Both the position numbers and the translations under genes were made by a program. From contig NIVC01000246.1 of assembly GCA_002269645.1 (NCBI GenBank), positions 62,001-126,000 on the forward strand: DNA of 64,000 bases. Direction: 5' to 3'. The notes beneath the pieces are model-generated. The model was not told the DNA's origin. It ran no database searches and worked only from the letters and a program-made list of their open reading frames with translations. Below are positions 48,854-61,500 of the stretch, piece by piece; position 1 is the first letter of the stretch; every line of letters starts with the position of its first letter. This DNA comes from Macrostomum lignano (Eukaryota).

Positions 48854-50894
48854 TCACTTCTCGGCTGCGGCGGTGTTGGCCGCAGGCGGCACCACCAGCA
48901 CCGGCCGGTGAGTATGGTGCAGCACGTAGTCGCTAACTGAGCCTAAAAAGGTACGCCTAAGCAGGCCCTGGCCGCGCGAGCCCATGATAATGAGTTCCAC
49001 ATTCTCCTCTTCGGCCAGATCCACAATGGACTGGCCGGGACTGCGGGCGATGCGTTCAAGAAAGCGGACGTGCTCGGCGCCCAGGCCGCGGCAAAGTTCT
49101 TTGATGTCTACGGCCAGCTGCTTGGCTTGAGCGACCTGGCGGGTGAACAGGGGTGCCGGGTTTCAGCAACAGGTGAACAGGGGTGACGGGTTTCAGCAAC
49201 AGGTGAACAGGGGTGACGGGTGTCAGCGACAGGTGAACAGGGGTGACAAGTGTCAGCGACAGGTGAACAGGGGTGCCGGGTATCAGCGATAAGTGAACAG
49301 GATTGCCGGGTGTCAACGAAAGGTGAACAGGGGTGGCGGGTTCAGCAACAGGTGAACAGGGGTACCGGGTGTCAGCAACAGGTGAACAGGGGTGCCGGGT
49401 TTCAGCAACAGGTGAACAGGGGTGACGGGTGTCAGCGACAGGTGAACAGGGGTGCCGGGTGTCAGCGATAAGTAAACAGGGGTTCCAGGTGTCAGCGACA
49501 GGTGAACAGGGGTGGCGGATCCTAAAATTCGCAAGGTGAAACCAGTTGGCGGTGCCAAAAAATAATGTAAAACACTGTAGAGATGTCTATGCCGTTTCTA
49601 CAAGACGGTCTTAGAGCGATTTTACAAGATAGTCTAGAGTGTTTCTACAAGATGGCCTAGGGTGATAAATTGCTTCGACTTCACCAGCATCTCTAGGGAC
49701 ACTTCGGACTGGGCTATGCTGGCCAAGGCCCAGGCGTAAGTCTGAAAGCTGGCGTCAACATTAATTATTCAGAGCGAAGATTTTATCGCAGGAAATTTTA
49801 CTATCGGCTGGCTGTGCAACTAAGCCGGGTTGCAAATAAGTGCTTACTGGGCTCCCACGGGTCGCATGCAGAGTGCACAGGGACAGTCTCGCCAGCGCTG
49901 TTCCAGTGCTAATTTGGAATTTTAACAGTAAGGGAAATTCTTACTTGATATGAGCTATGAGGTAAGGAAGGCCGATTCTTTGCGTAGTTAGACACTAGGG
50001 AGCGATTCTAGATTGAGTAGATAGCGTAGGGTAGATAACCAACAATTCTAGGGTAGATAGACAACAGTTCTAGGGTAGATGGACAACGGTTCTAAGGTAG
50101 ATGGACAACGGTTCTATGGTAGATAGACCACAGTTCTGATGTAGATAGACAACGGTTCTAGGGTAGATAGACAATTCTGAGGTGGATAGACAACGATTCT
50201 AGGGTAGATAGACAACGGTTCTAGGGTAGATGGACAACGGTTCTAGGGTAGATAGACCACAGTTCTGAGGTAGATAGACAACGGTTCTAGGGTAGATAGA
50301 CAATTCTGAGGTGGATAGACAACGATTCTAGGGTAGATAGACAACGGTTCTATGGTAGATAGACCACAGTTCTGAGGTAGATAGACAACGGTTCTAGGGT
50401 AGATAGACAATTCTGAGGTGGATAGACAACGATTTTAGGGTAGATAGACTACGGTTCTAATGTAAATAGACAACGACTCTAGGGTAGGATAACTCTAAAT
50501 GTAATGTAATTAGGAGAATTTTTATAAAGTGCTTTTTTGAAGCTAAATCTGGCTAAGGCTGGTTATCTGGCTATAGTGAATATCAGGCAGTTAGGCAACT
50601 ATCAGTAGGGTTGGGTTTCCAAATTGATTTGCAACAAATGGCGCACAATGGAAGCCGCAGACTCACAGTCTCATCCAGAGCTTTAGAATAGACTTCGGCC
50701 ACGGCCGGTCCGGCCATGCCGAAGCCCAGAGCAACTTCCGGCGGCTCGGACACGTTCACAAACACCAGCTGGTCGGATGGCCGGTGCAGCTTGCTCAAAT
50801 ACCAGCGGATGGCCCTCTCGCTGTGCTCGCTGCGATCAACAGCGATCAGGACGCGACGAATGTCGCCAACATCTCCAATTGCTTCTGTTGACAT
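48854..50894 (-). CDS. uspA: Universal stress protein (UspA family), 169 aa; exons 50894-50667 and 49135-48854
   Basis: RRVLIAVDRSEHSERAIRW (first strand). Exon 2 gives SPGQSIVDLAEEENVELIIMGSRGQGLLRRTFLGSVSDYVLHHTHRPVLVVPP, the ATP-binding G-x2-G-x9-G-S motif. Phase-0 junction ACT|GTGAGT..CCAG|GTC. Confidence 0.95.
49141..49515. repeat. Intronic 30-bp repeat (TCGCTGACACCCGGCACCCCTGTTCACCTG on minus) x ~12 abutting the Usp acceptor
   Basis: Direct reading. Confidence 0.93.
50030..50490. repeat. Intronic ~22-bp repeat GGGTAGATAGACAACGGTTCTA x ~20
   Basis: Direct reading. Confidence 0.9.
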
Positions 50895-51137
50895 TTTTAG
50901 TAAGCATGAAAGTCCAATTAAAATGGTTGATTTACTCCAGACTTGGGTGAAATTTGCTCAAAAGAATTGTCATTTTCATCCAAATTTTTAGGCAAAGATA
51001 CCAAGCTTTCATTATTTAGATAATAATAGCAACAATCAGCTATTGCGCGGCGCATCTGAAGGCTGCATACGGCTGTTCAGTCCAAGGACTGGGGGGGTCG
51101 CCACACACACCCTCAATTACCCCAGTTAATGCTGGCA

Positions 51138-51203
51138 CCCATTTTACAGCTGGGTGAACTGAAGCAATGGAAAGAGTTCAGTGTCTTGCTCAAGGACACA
51201 TCC
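51138..51203 (+). mobile_element. CORE-SINE/L2-like conserved segment
   Basis: CCCATTTTACAGCTGGGTGAACTGAAGCAATGG..AGTGTCTTGCTCAAGGACACA resembles the MIR/CORE consensus CCCATTTTACAGATGAGGAAACTGAGG..AAGTAACTTGCCCAAGGTCACA (recalled from memory, not aligned). Confidence 0.55.
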
Positions 51204-51340
51204 AGAGGCAAATTACAATGACAAAATATAAGGAGGACATCAGCATGAAGCTTTGAGCTTTCTTTGAGCTAAAATAATTGACTGAAATGCCATCTTTTGT
51301 CGCCTGAACTGGGGAACAAAGTGTCTCCACAAGCTCAGGA

Positions 51341-51403
51341 GGCCATAGCCTAGTGGTCTAGCGCAGCGCTCTGATGTGCCAGTGGCCCAGGCTTGATTCC
51401 AAG
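51341..51403 (+). mobile_element. tRNA-derived SINE head (degenerate)
   Basis: A-box TAGCCTAGTGG (51346-51356) and B-box-like GGCTTGATTCC (51390-51400); no clean cloverleaf. Confidence 0.45.
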
Positions 51404-53574
51404 TGCAGTCACATTAACTTGCAGCTAAATTGGAATCTCGGCTTGGCTCTGCTTGTGCAATTAATGCCCAGCTTGAGGGCCAACCCCCTAGCACCCCCTA
51501 GGAAGTGTACATGCTTAATGATAAATAAAGTCAGGGCCACTGTACACTCCTATGTAAGTGTGTGCCTGTGCATATGACTGCGTATGTATCTTAGAATATT
51601 AAACTGCCAAAATTTTCAAAAAAGAGCATATAGTCTATAAATGATAGCAAATTTCAAATTTGTCTTTTCTTAGACCTAGTCTTAGTAAATATGGCTATCT
51701 AAAAACTTAATATCTAACTAAGAAAGGCTATAAATTAAGGATGACATTTTTTACTTTTAATAATTTCTAATGGCAATTTTCATGCTATTTTAGACTTAAA
51801 ATAATCATGTAATTCATTTATAAGTTTTTAATATTAAATACAAAATGATTTCTATTAGGATCAATGCCAATATTAACTAACATCATATAAAATAAAAAAT
51901 ATAGATTTTTATCTATTATTAGGTCCTATTAAAGCACATCTAAAAAACATTATAGACAACTTATATATATTTAAATCATTGCTTACCTAATGGCCAGGTT
52001 TGGCAAAGCTATTAGGGAAGGGGGTAGGGTAGGCAATTGCCTATCCAATAATTATGTTTGAAAGGCATTGCCTTCTTAATACTTTAATGAGATCAATAAT
52101 TATATTATAGCAAAATATACTAATGTATAAGAAAGACTTCTTTATCTGAAAATAACAGGATTTTACTCTTGTGTTGCCTTCTTCATATTAAATAAAATTT
52201 CAATTTGAATCTAAACTTCTTTTTAGATTATATGGATTTTAAGCATGCTCAAATATAATTATTAGACGATTTGCTTAAACCTTTTTGCTAAAAGTAATTG
52301 GCCAAAAGTCAATTTGGCAAAGCTAGATAAACAATTCTGGGATAGATAGGCAACAATTCTAGGGTAAAAAAACAAACTGTATTCATTTTTGTTTTATTGG
52401 CAAGAATATCACTTTATTATTGCATATCTACACTTTTTGATATAATTTTGACATATTTTGTTATAAAGTTTTTGTGTATAATTACATATTTAGCTTCATT
52501 GCAAAATGTATTGCATTTTTGGCAATTTTTCAATCCTAGGTTAGTTTCTATCACTATCAGCTTACAAATAAACAATGTATGCAGGGCGATCTATATTTCT
52601 ACAGTTCAATACTTTTAAACTTGTGCCAAAAACTAAGCAAACAATCTGTTATAATGTATATATTTTCCAAAATATTTTTGTGAATTAATTTTTGTTTTAA
52701 TCTATGAGTAAAAATGGTATAAATAGAAGTGATTTTGGCGGAAGGAGAACCAACCTCCCGCATTGCAGTTCACTAATAAAATAGTTATAGCGAAGAATAA
52801 GAGTTCCGAGAAAATAAGAATTGAAGAAGTGTTTTCTGTGTTAATTCCTTTTAAGAAATAAGAGCGAAGTAGACCAAAGTGTATACAGAATATACTATTG
52901 AGAAGCAGCAGTATTGAGATTGAGTCTTAAGAGAATATGAGGTAGATCTGAAGTGATACGCGTAAGAATAACTGGAGGCTGTGACCCTCTGATCTCAGTA
53001 ATGCCCAAGGACTTGCAAAGTACATGAAATACATATACCAGTATAGCCAATAGACCATTCAGGCCAAAAGTACAATAAACGCTACCAGAATAATAGAGGA
53101 ATAATATTTATAAGGGCTAATAGTAATCTAAGAATAAATACTCAGACTGAATATTCAGACTAAATACTCAGAGTCAGACTGAATACTTAGACTAAATACT
53201 AAGATATATACTCAGATCAATTCTAAGAAACATTTCGGGGATTATTCTAAGATTGATAAACTTATAATTTATTAATAGGATAATCCTGGTGGCAGCTACC
53301 AACTTAACAAGAAAACTTAAAGATTAGTATAGGAAGTTAGCCCTAGAACAACTTTGGTGGCAGCATAAGGACTAGGCAGAGGCTCAGAATTAGGACTTTA
53401 TAGGACAGAGCCAAGAGGCCTAGCACAGCTTAGTGACATAACAGTGGGATAATTTCAGTAAGAGGAAACACGCCTGTAACAGCTTGGTGTCAGTGGTTGA
53501 GATTTCTAGAGAGAGCTGAAAGGCCTATAACAGCTTGGTGGCAATTAGTGGGATAGTTGGAGGACAGAAGAAAC

Positions 53575-53800
53575 CCCTGTAACAAATGCTCGACCACATG
53601 TTGCACCACTCTTGGGTTTTCCTGTAATAGAGCATGCTATCACCATGATTTGGTAGAGCCCCTAGGCCCTATAGTCCTAATCCAAACCTGTGACCAATTT
53701 CTATTCCTCTGGCTAAAGAATGTACTTTGGGATAGGCCTATAAACTTTAATAGCTTTCAAGAAGTTGAAGATGCCTTGTTGCAGGTATTATAGAGTATTT
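53575..53800 (+). mobile_element. Tc1/mariner transposase relic (C-terminal catalytic region)
   Basis: AATGCTCGACCACAT = NARPH (53585); PYSPN (YSPDL-like) at ~53668; CDQFLFLWLKNVL..FNSFQEVEDAL. Frames are broken. Confidence 0.55.
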
Positions 53801-55585
53801 CCAAAAGTATGAATAGGCTAGGCCTAACTTTAGCCATTAACTTTTCTGTCAACAATCCTGTTTAGGGACCTACTTTTTTGTCAATTATTCCATTCCAATT
53901 ATTCTATTTACATTTCTATCAGTTATTCTATCAAATTATCCATTAACAATTCTATCAATTTTTGCATCAACTTTTCCATCAACTATTCTGTCAACTTTTG
54001 TATCAACTTTTCTATCAAATTTCAGCAATTGGTATTGTCAGCACTCATTATGGCACTGCAGACACTATGTTTTGTTGCCCTAAAGCAAAATTATTAATTA
54101 CCATAATGGTTCACATATCATAAAAATACTAATGATGCAGTTAAGTCATTTTCATAGACATAAACATGTGAATAGTATAAAGAATGATGGAAAAGTTGAC
54201 ACAAAAGTTGATAGAAAAGTTGACAGAAATGTTTCTTTCATTCATTTAACCATCAAATAAATGTCTATCAAAAGCAAGTAATTTAGCAATTGAAATTTCT
54301 ATTTCGAAATCAGTCACCTAGCCTACTCAGCTAACATGAACAAGTTACGTGCTTTGGTACAATGTGGTGAATCTAGAAAGACTCCCAATTACCAATTAGT
54401 GACTTATTAAGGCCTCGTCGTCTATGGTTCTAAGAATTATGTAATACAAATTTAACGGATGCACGCAAATTCGGCGATAAACAAATTCGGCAACAGAAAT
54501 TTAACACGGACAATTATTCGGCGAAAGCAAATACGGCGACAAGTATTTTTAAGTCTGATTTATCGATCGTAACCAAGGTAATCATTGCTTGCGAGCTTGT
54601 CTGACATCAGCCACCTGCGCCTCACTCAGTATTGAGGCTGGCGTCAGATAGTCTGAGTGGATGCGGGCGGTTAGCAATTGTTTCTTATCATTTTTGACAG
54701 GCCATCAGATTTTTTAGGTCAGTCCTATTGTTCGTGTTCACTCAAGCGTGTGACAACTTTGACAGCTATGCTTTTTACCCCTAAAAGTACTTTGGGATTA
54801 GAGCTAGATTATCGATTTCTCTTCACCATCTTCACTTTCTACTTAATAAGATCTTTTTAATGTATATTTTTTCTTTAATTTTTGTAATTTCTACGTATGT
54901 CATGGTCATAAATCAAAATGTAGCGATTTTGAGTGATTATGACCGCACCTGGCGTATTTTTATGGCCCCGAGGAAACTGATAGGATCTTTTGGTAACGTG
55001 AGTTTGGGTGGCAACAAGCGCAGCCAATCAGAAAATTCGATGTCAGTTTATAACAAATCGGCTCAGCCAATCAGTGTCGAGGTGTTAGATTTTATCAATT
55101 AAATTGCGGTCCAGTTGGCGGCTATATAAACCGATGTTTTTGGCCCGCTCGGACTCAACCGCGGACAAACGCGGACAAACCTCTGGCTCGGCGGACCTTG
55201 GCCTAACCGGGCACCGCCCTTACCTCGTTCTAACCGACACCTGACCGTCGTCCCTTGATCCCCGGATTGCAACACCCCCTTCATCATCAAGGGCGAATCC
55301 CCCGGTCAGCTGCATCAATCATCGAGGTAAAGATCATCACCTGCTAGCTATCAGTAAAGACTATGACATCATCATCCCGGGCCTACAGCTGCGAAGCACT
55401 AAGCCGATTCGGTCACTGTGGATTACCTGGCCTCCGGCTGTCGAGTTTCCGATTGTTGGGTGAGAGGCTACCTAGAATTGCTTGATTGGGTGATTCCTTG
55501 TCTGTCCCCTATTTCAGTAGCTGGATTAGGCGCACATTTTTGTTCATTTTGTTCAGTAGTGCTGTTACTGAGGCAGAAATCAGTC

Positions 55586-55728
55586 AATAATACTGATAGT
55601 AGTCTGATTACTCCATTTCAATCTGAAAGTGAAGTTATTTAGTGAGAAGGTTAAATCTGACAGTTATATTTATCGGTATTATTTCTTTGTTCGCCGATGG
55701 CTCAGATGAGTATAGCTAAGCTAGTAGG
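55586..55728 (+). repeat. Dispersed ~140-bp repeat shared with 27596-27735
   Basis: Both contain GAGAAGGTTAAATCT.ACAGTTAT.TTT.TCGGTATTATTTCTTTGTTCGCCGATGGCTCAGATGAGTA..GCTAAGCTAGTAGGC. Confidence 0.9.
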
Positions 55729-58243
55729 CGCCGGCACAGTGAACCAATGGCGAGGCAGTTCTATCAAATCAGTTAGCGAACTTGCCAATAGTGCAAAATC
55801 GGCGCCAGAGATGTGCTCCCGTGCACTCTAGGTTCGCCAAGCGGCTCGGGTGGTGAATCATGCGGTCTCTGGGTTCGGGTTAGTCTATCATCAGCGCTAC
55901 GAGAGGCTGGTTGGCGCGTTGAAGGCCAAAAGTACATACCCTCTTATTTAGCAATGTAATAGTACATGTAGCTACCCCATAGTCTCGCCACTGCAAGAAT
56001 CCCCTGCACAAGTTCTCTCTGTACCTGCATGGCCAATGCGATCTAGTCCCATCAGTGTCCCTTATGATCGGCTATGACTTCGAGATTGACAGCAAAAAGA
56101 CACTAAGTTGGCAGGTAAGTGCTGAAGCCCCTTCTAGTCGAAAGCCTGATTTCGAAAGTTCCGGTTTGGTAAGCCAGAACGCACGGGCTGGTGGTAGTGG
56201 GTTAGTTAATCCGCTGATTAGCTGATCTCTACCTTCAAAATTCTCCTTGCTTGTCTCTCGCTGTCCCTCTCTTAGCTATAGGACCTACCGAAATTCGAAT
56301 TTGCCAACAAAGCAATTTTTATAGAGGCCATGCCCCCTCTTAACTATAGGTATTATTGCATTCGTAAATAAACAAAAGTACATTGGCTACTTTTAAGAGT
56401 TCGATATTTTCAAGGCTCAAGCTAATGTACATTTGTAGCATATCAGCAGCGAAATTTTGATAGATATACCATGACAAATGCCTGCACATGTTGCAGAGTT
56501 ACGCAGTAATTGCATGTTCGTACATGTACATGTGCATCTATTAGGAAATCCTTTCAAATCGAGAAACACTGGATTTCGTCGTAGCGTTTGGTTCAAAAGA
56601 AACGATTTCTACTCGGACAAATATTTATACTGTGGACTACAGGTAGTTTAAAAGAACCATTACTCGATGAATTTTTGATGTAGTAGGCACGTACGCCCTG
56701 GGCCTCCCCACTAACTTTTGCGCACCCTCGTTTCCCTCCTTTGTGATACTTGGGCCCCGTAATGACTCATTCCGGCCGGGATGAGTCATCACGATGACTC
56801 AAATGCTTATCATCCAACCCCACTCCCCCCGCGCACCAACTGCACCTCTTTTCTGTTGTTAGAAATAATTCATGCGTGTGACAGTTTTATGACCACTTAT
56901 CTCCCCAAGTGGTTACGTAATCCCATAATTAAATCCCATCAAATCCCACTTCTCTATCATAAAAAAATTCTTCACCGTGCGCCCCACCCCAATTTCTCGT
57001 CCAGTCGCAGCGTGGCTAGCCAGTGACGTCATCAGGGTTGCTTGGTAATGGAGGTCAGGGACAAGTAACGACTCACGTGATCACATGACGAGTGATCTCA
57101 GCAGGGCTATACACGTAAATAGGAACCCGTTTTGAGCCCTCAGACACAACACCTCGATCGGGACCTGTACTCGTTTCACTAGTTTCCGTCCCTTGTGTTG
57201 TTTTCACGCGAGACCGAACCTTCCCCGGTAAACTCAGTACCGGAACCGCCGATCTCCCCCTATAGGACCAAGTTTAGTTTCCCCTAAATACTTTGCATGA
57301 TTGCTCCTAGATCTTCAGGATCCTCCCCAATAGGCACCCGCTAAATGTCCTCTCCTCCCCGTCTTTGCGACCTCCCCTGACACCTGTCTCGTTAGTGGGA
57401 GTTTTTACCGGGTGTACTCCCGCACAGGGATCTCGGTCGCAAGCGCCAGCTACCGCACCATCCAGAGGTGGACAAAGTCTGGGGGGCCGGGGGGGCGAGG
57501 CCTGGCGGCTGTATACTCTCTTCAGCGCCAGAGAGCCCAGGGGTTTGCGCAGGTATTCTCATGCCTAGTAGCATAGTAGCTAATTAGATGCTTATGATGC
57601 AATTAGTAAGTCTTTCCGTTACGTTACTGTTCGATTATTCGGCTAAACACGATTACATGTAGCAAGTTGTTGATCCTGAAAGTTTCAATTTAGAGTTCAG
57701 TTTCTAGTTAATCTACTTCCTCCTGAATAAAAGTCAAATGTGGATTGATTTGCATGTACATATATACCAGCCATATAATAGGGATAAGTATATAATCAAA
57801 ATCTATCTAATGGTACATAATAATTGCTACAGAAAGCAGAATCGTTTCTTATCTTGTCTCACCTCTCTCCCTCTCTTTAGCTCTCTCTTCTCTTTCTCAA
57901 CTTGCGTACATCTGCTGCCAATGGCAACGGCTAAAGCTAGAGTTGAGCTCAGCAGAGGGCTCTATAGGCTCTGGCTGTAATTACGTTCACAAAAACCTGC
58001 CAGTAGCGCAACCCCACGAGTGCACTCAGCCGCAGGGGCATTGCTATTTGTTGCACAGCGAGTGCAGCAGGCTAAAGCAAATAGAAAATGAAGCAATTCA
58101 AACTGCTACGCTGGGTGACAGACTGGCATACTTTCGAGTACACAGTTACTCAATAAAGCTTGACGCTCACTCCTTGGCGACCGCGTTCGCACTCCTACTA
58201 CTCTCGCCCCCAGTGACTCGCCAAATACAGCACTGCTGCAGCC

Positions 58244-58393
58244 ATGTCTGAGTCTGACTATGTAAGTATCAAGTTATGGATTATCAAGAATGATTAAAAT
58301 ATGAGAAGTAATCCACTGCGTCATCACTGCAGATACCGCAGGAGCGCATTGACGAAGCTGTGGAGTGCGGATTCACCGAGGACGAGGCCAGAG
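58244..58393 (+). CDS. 5' exons (58244-58261, 58333-58393) of a gene with a UBA-like N-terminus (MSESDY-IPQERIDEAVECGFTEDEAR); continues beyond the window
   Basis: GCCATG, donor GTAAGT at 58262, acceptor CACTGCAG at 58332, in-frame join, donor G|GTGGGT at 58394. The xGF..EAR pattern is like UBA helices 1-2. Confidence 0.55.
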
Positions 58394-58506
58394 GTGGGTG
58401 GAAAACCAAAGAGGCTTCCAACGAATTGTTTTGCTTGTAAAATTCTATGAAATGGAAATAAATATTTCCATAAATATTTTCACAAATTTCATTATTAACA
58501 AAGCAT

Positions 58507-61500
58507 GTGCCTCACAACCACGTCCTTGACACCACAACCACATCCGTAGAAGCCATCACAAAGTCCTCTGACACCACAACCACATCCGTAGACGCCGTCA
58601 CAACCACGTCCTCTGACACCACAACCACATCCGTAGAAGCCATCACAACCACGTCCTCTGACACCACAACCACATCCGTAGAAGCCATCACAACCACGTC
58701 CTCTGACACCACAACCACATCCGTAGAAGCCATCACAACCACATCCCTTAGAAGCCATCCATCCTAGACATCACAACCACATCCGTAGAAGCCATCACAA
58801 CCACATCCCTTAGAAGCCATCACAACCACATCCGTAGAAGCCATCACAACCACACCACAACCACATCCGTAGAAGCCATCACAACCACTTAGAAGCCATC
58901 CTCCGTAGAAGCCATCACAACCACACCACAACCACATCCGTAGAAGCCATCACAACCACATCCCTTAGAAGCCATCACAACCACATCCGTAGAAGCCATC
59001 ACAACACATAGAAGCCATCACAACCCTTAGAAGCCATCACAACCACATATCCTTAGAAGCCATCACAACCACATCCCTTAGAAGCCATCACAACCACATC
59101 CGTAGAAGCCATCACAACCACATCCCTTAGAAGCCATCACAAACCACATCCGTAGAAGCCATCACAACCACATCCGTAGAAGCCATCACAACCACATCCC
59201 TTAGAAGCCATCACAACCACATCCGTAGAAGCCATCACAACCACATCCCTTAGAAGCCATCACAAACACATCCGTAGAAGCCATCACAACCACATCCCTT
59301 AGAAGCCATCACAAACACATCCGTAGAAGCCATCACAACCACATCCGTAGAAGCCATCACAACCACATCCCTTAGAAGCCATCACAACCACATCCTTAGA
59401 AGCCATCACAACCACATCCTTAGAAGCCATCACAACACATCCGTAGAAGCCATCACAACCACATCCTTAGAAGCCATCACAAACACATCCGTAGAAGCCA
59501 TCACAACCACATCCTTAGAAGCCATCACAACCACATCCCTTAGAAGCCATCACAACCACATCCGTAGAAGCCATCACAACCACATCCCTTAGAAGCCATC
59601 ACAACCACATCCTTAGAAGCCATCACAACCACATCCTTAGAAGCCATCACAACCACATCCCTTAGAAGCCATCACAACCACATCCTTAGAAGCCATCACA
59701 ACCACATCCCTTAGAAGCCATCACAACCACATCCTTAGAAGCCATCACAACCACATCCCTTAGAAGCCATCACAACCACATCCTTAGAAGCCATCACAAC
59801 CACATCCTTAGAAGCCATCACAACCACATCCTTAGAAGCCATCACAACCACATCCCTTAGAAGCCATCACAACCACATCCCTTAGAAGCCATCACAACCA
59901 CATCCTTAGAAGCCATCACAACCACATCCTTAGAAGCCATCACAACATATCCTTAGAAGCCATCACAACCATATCCCTTAGAAGCCATCACAACCATATC
60001 CTTAGAAGCCATCACAACCACATCCCTTAGAAGCCATCACAACCATATCCTTAGAAGCCATCACAACCACATCCCTTAGAAGCCATCACAACCATATCCT
60101 TAGAAGCCATCACAACCACATCCCTTAGAAGCCATCACAACCATATCCTTAGAAGCCATCACAACCACATCCTTAGAAGCCATCACAACCATATCCTTAG
60201 AAGCCATCACAACCACATCCCTTAGAAGCCATCACAACCATATCCTTAGAAGCCATCACAACCACATCCTTAGAAGCCATCACAACCATATCCTTAGAAG
60301 CCATCACAACCACATCCCTTAGAAGCCATCACAACCATATCCTTAGAAGCCATCACAACCACATCCTTAGAAGCCATCACAACCATATCCTTAGAAGCCA
60401 TCACAACCACATCCTTAGAAGCCATCACAACCATATCCTTAGAAGCCATCACAACCACGTCCTTAGAAGCCATCACAACCACATCCCTTAGAAGCCATCA
60501 CAACCACATCCTTAGAAGCCATCACAACCATATCCTTAGAAGCCATCACAACCATATCCCTTAGAAGCCATCACAACCACATCCCTTAGAAGCCATCACA
60601 ACCACATCCCTTAGAAGCCATCACAACCATATCCTTAGAAGCCATCACAACCATATCCTTAGAAGCCATCACAACCATATCCCTTAGAAGCCATCACAAC
60701 CATATCCTTAGAAGCCATCACAACCATATCCTTAGAAGCCATCACAACCATATCCTTAGAAGCCATCACAACCATATCCTTAGAAGCCATCACAACCACA
60801 TCCTTAGAAGCCATCACAACCATATCCTTAGAAGCCATCACAACCACATCCTTAGAAGCCATCACAACCATATCCTTAGAAGCCATCACAACCACATCCT
60901 TAGAAGCCATCACAACCATATCCTTAGAAGCCATCACAACCATATCCTTAGAAGCCATCACAACCATATCCTTAGAAGCCATCACAACCATCCTTAGAAG
61001 CCATCACAACCATATCCTTAGAAGCCATCACAACCACATCCTTAGAAGCCATCACAACCATATCCTTAGAAGCCATCACAACCACATCCTTAGAAGCCAT
61101 CACAACCATATCCTTAGAAGCCATCACAACCATATCCTTAGAAGCCATCACAACCACATCCTTAGAAGCCATCACAACCACATCCTTAGAAGCCATCACA
61201 ACCATATCCTTAGAAGCCATCACAACCATATCCCTTAGAAGCCATCACAACCATATCCTTAGAAGCCATCACAACCATATCCTTAGAAGCCATCACAACC
61301 ATATCCTTAGAAGCCATCACAACCATATCCCTTAGAAGCCATCACAACCATATCCTTAGAAGCCATCACAACCATATCCTTAGAAGCCATCACAACCATA
61401 TCCTTAGAAGCCATCACAACCATATCCTTAGAAGCCATCACAACCATATCCTTAGAAGCCATCACAACCATATCCTTAGAAGCCATCACAACCATATCCT

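Noticed and set aside
51341-51403. Functional tRNA gene
   Set aside because: The B-box is degenerate and no consistent cloverleaf or acceptor stem is present; treated as a SINE-like head.
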